Positions 1 through 13,968 are shown, counted from the first letter of the whole stretch. The stretch is 63,744 nt of DNA, filler included, from Reticulomyxa filosa (GCA_000512085.1; 18 parts of 18 records of this genome joined end to end with filler, not necessarily neighbours in it); one strand, 5' to 3'. Notes: generated by a model from the letters alone, not told the origin. Translations and numbers: made by a program.

Positions 1-263
1 AAAAACTACACGATTCGTAGATATTTTTTAAAAAATTTTAATTAAATGTTGTTTTTTCATGGAGAAACACAATTATCTCTATAATGTTGCATTTTAGGTA
101 TCAACTTTCTTTTTTATCCTACTGTATTTAAAAAGTACAAGATTTATATATGTTTTTAAATAAAAAAAAATTAGGTCTGAATGTTGTTTTTTCATGTAGA
201 AAATCAATCATCTATATAAAGTGTCGTTTTAGGTGTCAACTTTACTTTGCATTCTACTGTATT
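1..263. repeat. Two diverged tandem copies of a ~130-135 bp AT-rich repeat unit
   Basis: Unit 1 (1-~130) has aatgttgttttttcatggagaaacacaattatct...ttttaggtatcaacttt...ctactgtatt. Unit 2 (~131-263) has aatgttgttttttcatgtagaaaatcaatcatct...ttttaggtgtcaacttt...ctactgtatt. A third copy lies inverted at ~48848-48991. Confidence 0.8.
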
Positions 264-554
264 GCCCAAAAAAGGCAATTCCAGTATTGTTGATTAAACA
301 ATCACAAGGGCCATACACTTTTCTGCCTCTTCTAATGCGGCACACATTTCATCGTATTTGGTCACATCCACTTTTTAATGAAAACATTTTCATTTGCCAA
401 ATTGTTTCTACATTTTTTTCAACCTACGAGCCAGTAGCAACAAAGGGTACCCCTCTTTGCAAAAGTGTTTTGCACAGGCTTCCCCAATACCAGAAGAAGC
501 ACAAGTAATAATAATCAAGGTTTTTTTGGATTTTTCTTCAGATTATCCACTCAT
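263..554 (-). pseudogene. Classical short-chain dehydrogenase/reductase (SDR) pseudogene, N-terminal Rossmann part only
   Basis: Manual minus-strand translation from ATG 554: MSG*SEEKSKKTLIIITCASSGIGEACAKHFCKEGYPLLLLARRLKKM*...KVDVTKYDEMCAALEEAEK/VYGPCDCLINNTGIAFFGQ. It matches the SDR motifs TGxxxGIG, ARR, DVT and NNAG, with several stops and frameshifts. It is cut off by the repeat at 263 and is absent from the ORF track. Confidence 0.85.
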
Positions 555-2577
555 GACCAACAAAGATCTTTTTTAACTTAGTCAACGACAAAAACAAATG
601 AGTCAAGAGTAGTTGTTTTGACAATCCTCTTTTTAACTCAGAAGGCTTTGCAATTTTTTGTTGCATACTATTGTGAGGTCAATAGTAAGATTAGTCTTTG
701 TGACCTTACGCAAAATTGTTTGGAGATATTAAAAGTAATAAAATAATTGCTGTCAATGATTGAAAATCAGTACAACAACAGCAATTACAATTTATTAGAA
801 CTATTCAAAAAGCGCTGGTAATAATGATAATGTAAAATAGTCTGATTTATCAAGTGTTGAAATAAGATATCGAGAGGTTTGAAAATGAATTAAAACATGA
901 TTTTATGACAAAAAGATATCAAATGAAGAAAGGAAACGAGTGTAAACAATCAGTGGCTCGTTTGTCTTGTTTTCAGGAGGCGACAAATTTCGGTTTTTTT
1001 AACAGATAAGAGGTAATCACATGCAAAGAAACTTTTAAGTTCTATTACCACTTGCAAAATTTAAAAAATATGATAATTGTAAGATATATTTTGTTGAACA
1101 GTGCATGAAATAGAAAGTTTGACTGGTTGAAGAGTTATTACATTTTCAAATCAATTCAAAAAAATTTAACGCAATCAAATTGAAATTATCACTTCCTAAT
1201 TAACATGAGTTTTTGATGTGTTATTGTATAATTATTGTCTTTGCTTTTTCCTTTTCGTATTGATAATGAATATCATCTATTTAACTTATGCTTATTTGTT
1301 TATTTTAAAACAGGTTCAAAAAAATCAAAAAGATCCACAATTTTTAAAAAATAAACCGCAATCACATAAAAGAATTACAATCTTATGCACACATGCAAAG
1401 TGAAATTCAAAAATCGATGCAAAAATTAACAATTTTTTCATTGTAGCAAACAATTTGAAAGTGCTTGAAAATATTGCAGTCATTTTAAAATTTTAAAGTA
1501 ATTTCTCCTTTTTTCGTCACCCTTTTGCTCTTGCATTGTCGTTCAATGTTACTTGATTTGCGTCACCAATATCACGCATAATTGCTTCAAGCTAAAAAGC
1601 AGAACAAACTTGCATCCAAAAACTAGCCACGTTTTCACTTTTTTCATATTAAAAAAATTCACGAATACTATTAAAAATAAACAAATTAAATAATTCAAAA
1701 AGTATTAAAAAAAAATATACGCTCAATAATTGTTTAAAAACATTTACGTATACATATACGTATAAAAATATCTTCAAATAAATGGCGCAAGAACCAAATC
1801 GCCAATTTCACATCCTCTTTTTCTGCCATTTCCTCCGCTCAGCCGTATCTTCAACATTCATTGTCAATGAAAATTGTTGACGATGTAAATGTTTTCATTT
1901 TGTACACATATATACAAGTAGATTTATGGTTTTTTTGTACACACGAAACTTACTTTTTACAAAGATGGAACAAAAGGAAACAGATTATTGTTTAATATTT
2001 TATAATTGCGCACAAAAATTCTAACATCCAATATATTTTTGGAAGTAATGTGTTTCCAGTACTCAGTTATTTTTGCAACAATTTGAGCAAAGAAATTTGC
2101 AAAAGACTTTTTCATAAATGGAAATTGTAAAGGTATATTTGTGCCTTTATTGAAACACCAAAAAAGCTACTACCCCCCAAAGATATTCTAAATCCGACTC
2201 ATTTTTTAAAATTTTTGAAACTCTGCAAAAAACATAAAAAAAAACAAACTAATTCAGTGTTTTTCTTTCACTCTTTTTCCTCTTGCTTTTGTCAATAAAG
2301 CAAATAACAAATATCTCAATTTACTTTTCTTACAGTGCAAAGCACTTTTCTAGAGTATGACTTTAATCAGTCTCTTGGGCAAATAACCAGCAAGTCTTTG
2401 CACCTTCGATGGTATGTATCTGCCTTCCTGTTTGTGAAGACATTGCATTTGCCGCAAAGTTTTTAAAACTTTCGATTGTATTTGTGTTTTGCTTTGTCCT
2501 TGGAATCAATTATTTGAGTCTTAGATTACCATACCCTTTTAACACGAAAAGAGTAAAGCAAAAGATATTTATATTGT

Positions 2578-4395
2578 TCATGGCTTTGACATCGTTGAGG
2601 AAATTCGGACACGTTTAGACTGCAAAATAAGAGGATTGGATATTGGGGTTTGTCTGTGGCTGGTGACGTCCAATGAAAAGGCGAAATTCTGGACTCTGTT
2701 TGTGTTTCGAGACGACTCAAAAAGAATACGATCAAACTCATCACGAGGAAGAAATCTACGCATAGCTTTGAAATCAACAGGCGAATGCAAGAAAAAGAAG
2801 TCTGTCATGGATAGACGGTTTGGATAACAAGTCTCATAAATATCTTCAAACCCAGTCAAGTCATTTTCCGTCCATAATTGATAGTTGTATAGCGAGTTGA
2901 TATGGCGATATGTAGTATCATGACTCCTGTTTGATTTAACCTCATATCGACAAAGAGAGAAAGTGCGTGTGCAATCAACAAGAACGACCGGATCATTGGT
3001 CTGTGCATTGCAACAAAACTGTGGCACATACCATAACATGTCAATCCATTGTGCTTTGGGGATTACCATACTTTGACTAGTTATGTCAACCCACTCCAAA
3101 TCACCTCCAATCAGCTCACATATTATCTTTCAAACAAACCAATCAAAAAAAAGGTCTTTTTCGTTGCTATTATGACTCTCTTGTTACTTTAACTCGTTTT
3201 TTTTATTTGTTTTTTTTTTTTGCAAAACTGCCACGATATCTTTTGGAAAATAATTGTAAAGAATTTCGTTCAACGTGGTATTGTGCTTGATGGAAGAAGA
3301 CCAGACAGGAAGGGTTGTATCTTGGACCAATCTTGGATACAAATATTCGGTCCCTTTGATCAAACGTCCACTCAATTCTTCCCACACACAATGTGCTAAA
3401 ATGTAATACGTTGTATTATCAAATGTGTTTGCCATTAGACGGGTGAATTCCTTCTTCCAACGCAATCTGCCCTCCGAATAATTTATGGCCACAAATGGAT
3501 TTATCACATATTTACGAATTACTTTTTTTGTTTTGTTTTTTTTATTTGTATTTATTTTTTTCTTTTCAATTTACAAATAAATAAATTCCAAACTTTTGTC
3601 ATTTTTAAATTCCACAAACATTTGGTCAATAAATTTGAGTCCTCCAAATTTTCCTTGCAATTGGAACGTCACCGTTATATTAACTTTTTCAAAGTTTTTC
3701 CAATCTCCCTTATTTCCTTTTTTGTCAGATGTTTCAACCGTAATCTTTTTTTCTTCTTCGTGCTTTAGTCTATATTATTTTGTTTGGTGCTAAATTGAAA
3801 GTTTGGAGCAAGAAAAATTGCCTCTATTTTTTTGGAAAAAACATTTCAAAAATTTAAGGTTTTTTGTCCTCTTTCCCTGAAAAAAGCAAAAAGCTCATAA
3901 CTTGTGAAACATATAACAGTACTTAGAAATATAATCGCACTGCAACCTGATACGAGAAGGATGTAACATGCATTCACTACTCAAATAAGGTAAAGCCAGG
4001 GCATTTGGATCGTGTAACCAGGCTTGACGTTGCTCAGGTTTATCTTTATTCTTTAAAAAAATTTTTGTCTTTTGGTGAGCACTTTGCTTAACGAACTCTC
4101 CTTTTTGTCTAATTACGCTGTTGCATGCTTTTCGAGGGATGTGACTTTGACTTGGTTGAAATTTTCCGTTATATTTTACTGTCTGTTTTATGCTGTCACG
4201 CTTTCGTTGCACTTCTCCTCTTTTCCTTTTTCGATAGGACTTCAAATGGCAACAAATTGGGCCTTTTTTGTTCATGTAATGTCTGTGCTGGCGATTCTTG
4301 CATTTTTTCTTGATGCGGCTGCTTTCATATTTGTTTTGAGTGTGCTTCACGTCCTGGTCTAGTATATTCCACTCCTCGCTCTTATTTGTCCACAT
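2578..4395 (-). CDS. Multi-exon hypothetical protein
   Basis: Co-oriented ORFs 3895-4395, 3184-3507 and 2578-3099, plus an open segment at ~3595-3770 (KHEEEKKITVETSDKKGNKGDWKNFEKVNITVTFQLQGKFGG), separated by AT-rich intron-like gaps. No family recognised. Confidence 0.45.
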
Positions 4396-5523
4396 TTTCT
4401 ATATCCTTGTATTCACGATCGTAAACAAATAAAAGTATGTAAATTTATTCTTGAAAAAAGACAAAAAAACAACAAAAAACTTTTGTCCAGCTTTAAAAGG
4501 GGTTTATTTAAACTTTAAAACGAATTGTTTAGTCCTTCATGCTGAACTAAGTGTTTTGATATGATACACAAAGCATTGTTATGCAAAACAAGTCAAAGCA
4601 ATAATTAAACATAATATCCAATTTCTGTTTAATTTTTTGTTACTGCAGCCGATATAGAAAAGATCGGCTCAACGTGCACAAAAAACAATAACATGTATCA
4701 CAAAGTTTTTTTAACAAGCTTTCAAAATGCAATATTTGCTAATTTAGATTATCTCAGAAAGTTTCCTGTTGAATTAACTTGCTGAGTCAAGTAATCTTGA
4801 TTAGCTAGAAAACTGTTACTTCTTGAGTAACAAAGTCAGCTGTTTTGTTAATGTTTAATTGTATCTTTTTTTTGCGCAATTTCTACCTTTGGCATGATTG
4901 AACTGAGTTCAAGAGCAGATATGCTGACCAATTCATAATATTGATTACATTGTATTATCAAATTTTGTAAAAAAGGACGCAGAAGTGATACTTCGTACCT
5001 AGCTTTTGATTTCCCTAATTTTAAATTATTTATCTGTAACAAAAAGTTATGTTAAGATATATTATTACGTTAAGAAAAATGAATACTCCAAAATCTATTT
5101 AATACAAAAGGATAGTTTTCAAAGATATCTAACAATGAATATTTTCAGAAAACAAAAATATTGAAAATTTGCTGCACACTAGGACAAATTAAAATATTTC
5201 CAAATTTTAATCCTAAATAAAACATATGTATATTTGAATCATACCTCTTTGTGATTATGAAATATAACCGCACCCCTTTCGTTGCTTCAATATTAATTTC
5301 ATCCATAGTAACGTACGTAGTGAATTTATCAAGATAGTTACTAGACGTTTTCAAGATCAATATCATTTGATGAATACAACAGCATCATGACAATTTTTAG
5401 AAAAGTTAAAATTAACTCGTTATATAAAATCTTTCCACCTTGTCTCAAGCGTCTTCAGGGGTTTAACTTTTTTGAATGAAATTAAAAATTCTCTCGTGAT
5501 TAAGAGAAATAGAAGTTGAAAAA

Positions 5524-6139
5524 ATGTGGGACGTGAAACGTTTTTTATCAAATCAAGTGAAATCTATGTTCAGTCCGGGTTTTAATTTGCATACACGAGC
5601 AGAATGGGCAAACTGGATGTTGGGACTGTCTTGTCTATTTTATATGGCGCCTAGCCTGGCCATGTACCACTTCATAATTGGCATACGTTATTGTGCAGCA
5701 TATGAAGCAGCGTTGTATCTTATTACTGCTGTAAATAGCTTTGTTTCTGATTTTATATGTGCCGGGATTGTTTCGTTATGTTTGTATGTATTTAGTCGCT
5801 TTGAAGTATTCTAACTTGAGGTTTTTTATGCAACTTGTTCACAGATATTTTCATGCAATTGATCGTTGGAGTGCAACAATATCAGCCCTACTCACAGTAA
5901 GCAAACTGTTTTTGCTGCCATTGGGATTATTTGAATTTGGAGTGTGTGCAATCATTTGTTTATTTGCTATTTATACGCTGGACAAGTCAAGACAGTCAAG
6001 TCACAAAAACCAATGGTTATTTTGGCACATTTTATGGCATTTCGTTGGAATGAAGCTAATGCTTTACTTTGTTTATATTGAGTACCAAGCTCACTTTCAG
6101 AAGAGTGATAATAAATTGGTTGAAGTGTCGAATATGTAA
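5524..6139 (+). CDS. Two-exon multi-pass membrane protein, CREST-superfamily-like
   Basis: A GT..AG intron at ~5775-5844 joins ...SFVSDFICAGIVS to YFHAIDRWSA.... Several hydrophobic helices, a conserved-type D (HAIDR) and a C-terminal WHILWH (HxxWH) motif as in the ceramidase/PAQR/Per1/SID-1/TMEM8 group. Confidence 0.6.
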
Positions 6140-6506
6140 CTTTTTTTTGACTTTTTTTTTTGTATCGAAATCATTACGAAGAGTGTTGTGGGTAACTTTC
6201 ATTTTGTTTGACATAATGTCGTTGCCATTTCAAAGCTTTTTTTTCCCACAAAAAATTTGTTCTCAAACTTTTTTCAAAGTATAAGAAAAGATCGAAATAG
6301 AGGACTTTGGTGAGTGATATACAATGCATACAGGCACAAAATTGTACACCATTAAAAATTTGGACCATGTCAATATGTGAAATAGCGACTTGTCTCCAAA
6401 GTGGTCGAACAATGCCTCCAGGTCTTTTTTCCAGAATATTCTACGTGTTTTTTTGTTTCGTGCACCCCGTTGCATTGTGACTTTGCAAAACTAAGTCATA
6501 ACAATA

Positions 6507-9500
6507 ATGGGGCGTAAAATCTTAAATGGACGGTATAAACTGGGGAGAACATTGGGAATTGGTGCATTTGGAAAGTAATTTTGTTGTTTGCTTTCTAGTT
6601 GTTTGTGAAAACCATCTGACACGAATAATGTGTCACAACACAAAATAAATGTGATATTGTGTGACAAATGAATGAATGAAAAATGAAAAGAGTGAAAGAG
6701 GGAGTAAGCCTGAAAACGAAGAAGAGAGTAGCAATAAAAGTGATGAATAAAGATGTAATAAAAAAGCATAACTTGATAAGCACAGTGCGAACAGAAGTGA
6801 AAGCATTGAAAATGTTACCTCAGCACAAACACGTGGTACGTCTATTAGAAGTATTAGAAAGTACACAAGCATTATATTTGGTGTTGGAATTGGTGGAAGG
6901 CGGAGAGTTGTTTGACAAACTAAGTTGGTTAAAAAAGCAATGTTGTTTTGTATAAGCTCTCTTTTTTTTTTTGTTTGTTTGTCATTTAAGTCAACATTAC
7001 GACATATGCATGTACAAACTGTAAACATGTGTGGACAAAAAGAGCACGACGGAAAATTGAAAGAGGAAATGGCACGAATGTACTTTCAGCAGTTGATCAG
7101 TGGATTGGAGTTTATGCATAAACACAAGATATGCCATCGAGACTTGAAGGTGTGTTTTGCTGCAAAAGATAAATAACGAATGAGATAAACGAATAATTAA
7201 CAAATATGCAAAGCTGGAAAACCTGTTAATCGACAGTAACGGCGTTTTGAAAATAACGGACTTTGGATTGTCAGGACTGTATTCCAGAGAGGGCGAGATG
7301 TTTCGAACGATATTGGGATCGCCCAATTATGTCGCCCCTGAAGTCTTAAATGGCAAGGGATACGACGGCTTCAAAGCTGACATTTGGTCTTGTGGTGTTA
7401 TTTTGTTTGCCTTGTTGGCTGGATGTTCAGTGATCCATTTGTGCACAATGTATATACATATATATATTTATATGTGTATATGTATATGTATTTATGCATT
7501 CAGTTAAAAGACAACGTCTGCTTTTTCACATTTGTCAATGACAATAGATCTGCCCTTCGATGAGTCAAACACGACCTTGTTGTTTCAAAAGATTTGTACT
7601 GCCGACTTTCAATATCCGTCGACATTTGACAGTGGTGTTATTGGTTGGTGTTGTGTTTGATGGCAAAGGGGTCTCATCCAAAAAAAAAAAAAAATACATG
7701 AACTTTTGTGTGTTTTGAAAACAGATCTATTGAATTCGATATTTCAAATCGATCCTGAAAAGAGAGCGTCATTGGAAGCCATTCAGAGACAACGTTGGTT
7801 CATTGGGTTATGCAATGGCTTGTTTGTTTTCAACACGACACATTACAAGTGAATAACACATAAAATGTGTAATATAAACAAACAACGACTCAAACAGACA
7901 ACAAAAGCTGACAGCTCAAAGTCTATCTCCGGAAGAGTGTGCGGAAGCGGAAGCGGTAATTGAGACGATCGACAGTGAAACTCCTCGTTCTCCAAAGCAA
8001 TCTTCATTGGAGGACAGCTACGAAGAGAGGATCACAGAGCAATTGCAATTGAACGGAGACGAGAACAGCGACAATGAAAGTGCGACCACCTACTCCAATC
8101 CCGGTATCTCTCATCACCACAACATGCAATATCCATCATCGAAGTCGCGTCACAGCAATAGCAGCGGAGGCAAACGACATTCGCAGGGATTGGACGACGA
8201 AAAGTTGCATATGGTCGATGTAGATGTCGATATGGTGATGGACGCAGACACACAAAAACCGGCTGTTCTTGCGAAACGAAGTTCATTGCGTGTTCAAATC
8301 AGTCAAGTGGAACATGTCAAACCATCACATGAAAATGGAAATCAAAGCGTCGACAGCGATCAGATTAAAGATATCACTTCCTTTCCGGACGACCCTTTCA
8401 ACAGCAGCAACTCTTCCCTTTCTCCACGGACGCAAGCCATACCCATTTCGTTGAGTCAACAATACTTGTATTTCCATCTATGTACACACGTCTCAAAAAC
8501 AAACAATTGAATAAATAACAAACAACATAGAATGACCGCTTTTGATTTAATTGGAATTGTCTCCACTCAAATGCTTAACAACATGTTCACACGATCCTTA
8601 AAGGAGGAACGACCCACTAGGACGTATACTCAATTTGTCACCAATGCGTCTCCAGCCAAAATACTTTGGGCCATACAAAAGTCGGTGGAACAAATGGAAC
8701 AATGCACCTCCTCCGTCGAAACGGATCGCTATGAGCTGCTTGTCATAAAGACATTTACCAAATCTTCTTCGACTGTTCGAGTCAATATTAAAATATTCCA
8801 CAGTCCCACAGGCGAATACATTGTCCAATGCCGTCGACAATCGGTTTGAAAGTCAACACATACAATTTCTTTTGATGTTTTTATCATCGACAAATGTGCA
8901 ATGTTGAATGTTGTAATGTTTAGGGGAATGTCTTCCGTTATCATGACTTTTTTGATGAATTTCAAACGATGTATAAAAAAGTAATTGAGCAAATGACAGC
9001 GGAACAAACGCAAGAACAAAAGCAGCAACAGTCACAAGAACAAAGCAATGTCAATATCAGTCCTACTGCAAATACAAATGCAAATGCAAATGCAAATACT
9101 AACACGATTGTCAATACAAATCTGCAAGGGAGAAAAGTATCATCGCCATTGCTAAAGCCCTATTCAACACGCACAACTAGCAACACGTGGAAACACAAAC
9201 CTCGAACTTACAAACATCGTGCTGATGAACACAACAACGACACCCAAAGGCGATGTAACGCGCAACATAAATCATTCTGATCACGAGCGCTCAACTTCTG
9301 ACGGTGTCTTGGACAATCTCCATCAAGTTTCTTATAGTGATGCCGAGGAGGAACAAAAGGCAATTAATTTGGGACAATATCCGACTCCTTTCTCTATTAG
9401 AGACTTGGAAACAGGTTCATTCCATTGCCATATATGCTTTTCTTTGTTACAAAAAAACAACAAACATCTTGTATGATGACATAAACAGACGGGAATCGAT

Positions 9501-9871
9501 TGACTCCAATGACGACTATTTTAAACAATCAGCGAAACAAAGCAGAATCGGACGGTGAAAATGTTCATTCACATGCCTACAATATTAGCAATGCCAGTGT
9601 AAACAGTGTTGTCAGCGCCATGTCCACCGTGAGCAGCGGCAGTGAGCCCAGTCCACCTGCGACCATTGCTGGCACACAAAGTAGTTTATGGATGTCTCAA
9701 AATCGATCAAGGGCTTCCACTCAAGAGTCTCTTGACAGCTGTGGTGTTACTGATTGTCCTGATCATGAAACTGAGCTTGTCTCTTCCAAAGAACATCACA
9801 ATGCTGTTATCGAAAACGAATTGGTTAATAACAACAGCACCAATAACCACTTGTCTGTTCCAGAATCATAA
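6507..9871 (+). CDS. CIPK: SNF1-related Ser/Thr kinase of CIPK type (kinase, NAF-like motif, KA1/PPI-like domain, long low-complexity tail), multi-exon
   Basis: Exon 1 [23 protein letters not shown] from ATG 6507. Kinase motifs VAIK, HRDLK-LEN, DFG and [32 protein letters not shown]-terminal MTAFDLIG...[13 protein letters not shown]...[19 protein letters not shown]. Confidence 0.85.
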
Positions 9872-10243
9872 GATGCTAAGAGAAGGAAAAGCTTCAAACA
9901 AAAACATCATGCTATTGCTCTTGGAGTTCACTGTGTTTTTGTGTGGAGTGCCGTGCTCCCCATGTTTACTATCCGTTTGTTTATCACTTTCTCCTGGCTG
10001 CGGTTCATGGAAGCTATTATTTTGCAAAAAATAATTATTATTGAGAAAATGAGAAATGGACAAAAATTATAAATTACACGTAGTTTTGTTTGTTGTATAT
10101 TTTTAATGTGGTTATTATTCAACATATTTTTCTCCTTAAGTTCACATTATTAAAATTGCTGAGGTTCTCCAAAGTGGAGAGAATAAAAGGGAGTTTATTA
10201 TGAACTTCAACTTTAGCATCCAATAATCCATTTTTTTTTGAGA

Positions 10244-13200
10244 ATGAAACTTGTTTCAGAAAAAAAAAATGCAGAAAAGGACGAAAGAATTCTTCCCACT
10301 GATAAGTTGAAGAAACAGGACCTGTTGTCTTTATTGGAGACTGCAGACAGGCTTGGTAGAGAGTGGACCGGTGTCCACGACAGCATGACTTCACTTCAAT
10401 CAAGGATTTCCAATCAGCAAGTATGATCAGCAATTGAGTGACTTGTTGTTGTGTTGGGAAGCTGGGAGGAGGAAAGGAAAGCATGAAAAATGAAAAAAAA
10501 ACAAACAACAAATGAGGGGTTTGAACGATAGAATGGATATGCAGTAAATGTTCGAAGACTTGCCAGCGAACATCAGCAAGCACGCCAACAACAGACTGAA
10601 ATTAGCACACAGCTCAAAATACTTAAGGAACTTAAGCAAGTTAACGCCATTCTTTTGAATGTATAAAAGGCACTCAAACACAACATGATAATTTTTTGTA
10701 AAGCTGTGGGCCATGCAAATGGAAACGAGCAGCAAAATAATCGAATTGGAGGAAAAGATAACATTGGGAAGTGGCGACAATGAGCAAAAAAAGGAGACAA
10801 ACGAAAGTGGAATGAACTCAAGTGAGCAAATTGTGACAGGTATCGAACGATGTCAGCAATTGGCAATATCATTATGTGAAATGGAGTCTCGAATGAAAGA
10901 TATCGAAACAGCATTGGAGAAATATCAATCGGATAAAACAAACAGCGATTTGACGAATGACATCGGACATTTGGACGTTCGTGAGCACTTGGTTCATTGT
11001 CGAAACCAATTCCAATATTATGAAACTTCATTAATTCAATGGACTACTTTTCTTTTCAATCAAATTTGTCAGTTCAACTATTTGCTGATTCAGTTGCAAT
11101 ATCCAGGTATGTGTATGTGTATCGCTTCAATCAATTAACAATACCCTTTGAGTCTGTGTGTTGTGTGACAAAGACATGGACTTGTTGAACAAGCTGTTTC
11201 AAAGTTTGAGTGGAAAGACACATTGGCAAAATAAACTGGTCGAATGCATTGACAAACAATTGCAACGCAATTTTTTGGATTATTTATTTGACAAAAACGA
11301 CTCTGGCTCGAGTTCGTTTGAAATGGCGACCTTGCGTTTACTTGAAAAGGGCAACTCTCAATTGCAACTGCAATTGTCTGTCAACGAAAGTTCGACGGAT
11401 GACGCTCAGCCATCACTGCCGTATGTGCAAACACTGCTCGGAAAGTGTTCGTTATTTGTAATCATTATCGAATGGGTTCTCGATCACTTGTTTGCCAATC
11501 AGCCAACCCTTCAAATTTCATTTCTTCAGCAGTCCATAGCACCACATTTGGATCGATGGATTTTCCAATGGATCTACCAATCCATACCACTGCTCACTAA
11601 CATTTGGTCTAAACCTTTTTCGATTCGACATCAAAGCATCAACGAGGAAGCATCGGAAACGATTATTAAAGACGATGGTGATCATGGCAATGATAATAAA
11701 AATACAACCAAAAATGCTAATGCAAATCATAATAACTATCAGTGGAATTTAATCACAGACTCGAAAGAAATTGAAGAATATTTGTGTTCTCGTGTTGTCT
11801 ACTGTTCGAAGGATGTAAGAGAAGCCGTTCAATATGTCCAGTCTTTTATGACAAAGCACACCAAAGAGGTTATCTTTTTTTTTGTGTGTTCTTTTGGTTT
11901 GTGTTTTTTGATTGGTTGCCTTTTGTTACTTTCGTATTACAGATCGACCACTTACCAAAGTGTTCATCTATGATGGATACCGATAACTTATTGAATATAC
12001 AATTGCCACAAAAGATAAAGGCTTTTGTATACGGTTATGTTCGCAATTTGATCAGTAAGCACATTTATGACTATTTTGATCCGTTGTTACTGGATTCACT
12101 TCTCTCATCGGCAACAGGAGCGGAAGCACCTCAATCGACACAACATCATTCTAAAGACGTTGGCGCTGATGATATCGAGTCAACTGAAAATGCAGACATG
12201 AACGAATACAATGAGATGTTTGCTAACTACGAACCGATTACGAATTCCGATGATGATAATGACGTACGGACGAGTGAAGAACCAAAATTGGAAATTGCAT
12301 ATAAGGAGTTGGTTGACATTAGTAAGAGATTTATTCGCACTCATCCGTGCAAAATCAGCGCTACTATGTTTAAATTAACATTCTTACTTTATCAATTGAT
12401 TATTTCGAATCAATACTTTGTTCACATTTTCGAAAATGTAATATCGAAACGGGCCGATTCATCTGATTCTAAGTTTATGTGCTTTTTTTTTTTGAAAATA
12501 ATGGAAATTTTTTCCTATTTACGGAACAACACCAAAAAAAAAAATAAAAAAAATAAAAGAATAATTGACGTAAAGAAGTTAATTGAAATGCTTCAAGAAG
12601 AGCTTTGTCCAAATGTGGCACAATTATGGATTGCTTGTGCAGTCTCGTATCATTCCAAAAATTTTAGTGCTGCGCCACTATTGGGAATGCTGTTTTGCAA
12701 TGATTGTATGTTTTTGAGTTTTCACATCAAGAAAATCTGCGAACAAACGAATTGTGGGTTAAGTTTTTCTCTATTTGCTTGATAGCACTTGCTTTGTTTT
12801 ACAAATCCAACTAACAAAAAAACAATAGACAAAAGCTTGCAATAAAGAAAATTGACAATGATGACACAGCAAAAGAGACAAAAGAAGCGGAAAAGTCGAA
12901 TGAAAAAGAACAAAAATGGATGATGCGCTTGGTCACTCCATTGAATCGATTAGGCCAAAAATATCTCCTGTTACAACTGGTCTTTAATTATTGTCCATTT
13001 TGTTAGTTTGTTTTAACCTTTGTTGCAAAAAAAAATTTTTGTTGTCATGCTTGTGCTCACAATATGAACAAGGACAAGTGTCGTTGCACGATCGAAAACA
13101 GCTTAAAGTGCATTGGACATTTCCTTGGACGATTTGACGAAATTGAACAAGGTTTAAGCGAGAGCTTGACATCATGTGCTAATATCTTGCACGTTTGTCT

Positions 13201-13677
13201 ATATGTAATCCCGGATGATTTGCTCACTCAAATTATTGGAAATTTGTTTCAAGTAATCTGTGGGTGTTTCGTCCAAGGCTTGAGCGGTCGTATTTCCCTT
13301 ACGTCAAATAATGATATCAGTGCCAGTGATGCGGCTCGAATTTCTCGACTTATTGCTTCTGTTCAGAATTTTGAGTTGCTTTCCAATCAAATCGTTAAGT
13401 GTCAACTCCAACTTTATCTGCAAATGCTGCAATAATGCAATAATTAACATCATAGGAATACATTACCATGCATACCAAAGATTGGGACAAATTTTTGGCG
13501 CTCGGTGACATTTTAAATGAAAGTCAGAGTTTGACAGGCCTAACTACAAATCTGCGTCGTGGTGATTACAAAATATTTGAAAAAGATACATTAAAGCGGT
13601 TAGTTTGCAGCTTATATGACAAATCTCCAAGACGTGACGCCTTTTTGGCTGAAGTAGATAAGCTTTTGCCCCGATGA
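10244..13677 (+). CDS. ZW10: Centromere/kinetochore and ER-tethering protein ZW10 homologue, multi-exon
   Basis: PLLGMLFCNDCMFLSFH, DISASDAARISRLI and the C-terminal WDKFLALGDILNESQSL...FEKDTLKRLVCSLYDKSPRRDAFLAEV match the ZW10 C-terminal domain pattern. PCKIS motif in the middle domain. Confidence 0.8.
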
Positions 13678-13968
13678 ATTCGGGTTTTTATAAAAGGACG
13701 CTTCTTGATTGTTTGAAAGATAAAGTTTGTCAGGTTTCTTTGACATTATGAAATTAGAGCTTTGTTTTTTATTGGAAAAAGCATATTTTTGGAAAAATTG
13801 TACCTGACCAATTAGTCAAAAACTTGATTTCTATCAGGCGGAAATCATCTGATAAAAAAATAACCGAACAAAGGGAGAAAACGAAGTTAAATATAAAAGT
13901 AAAGGGGTTAGCTATTACGTTAGATATCGAGTAAGCTTTTTCATTTTTTCCTCACATTTTTGACAAGA

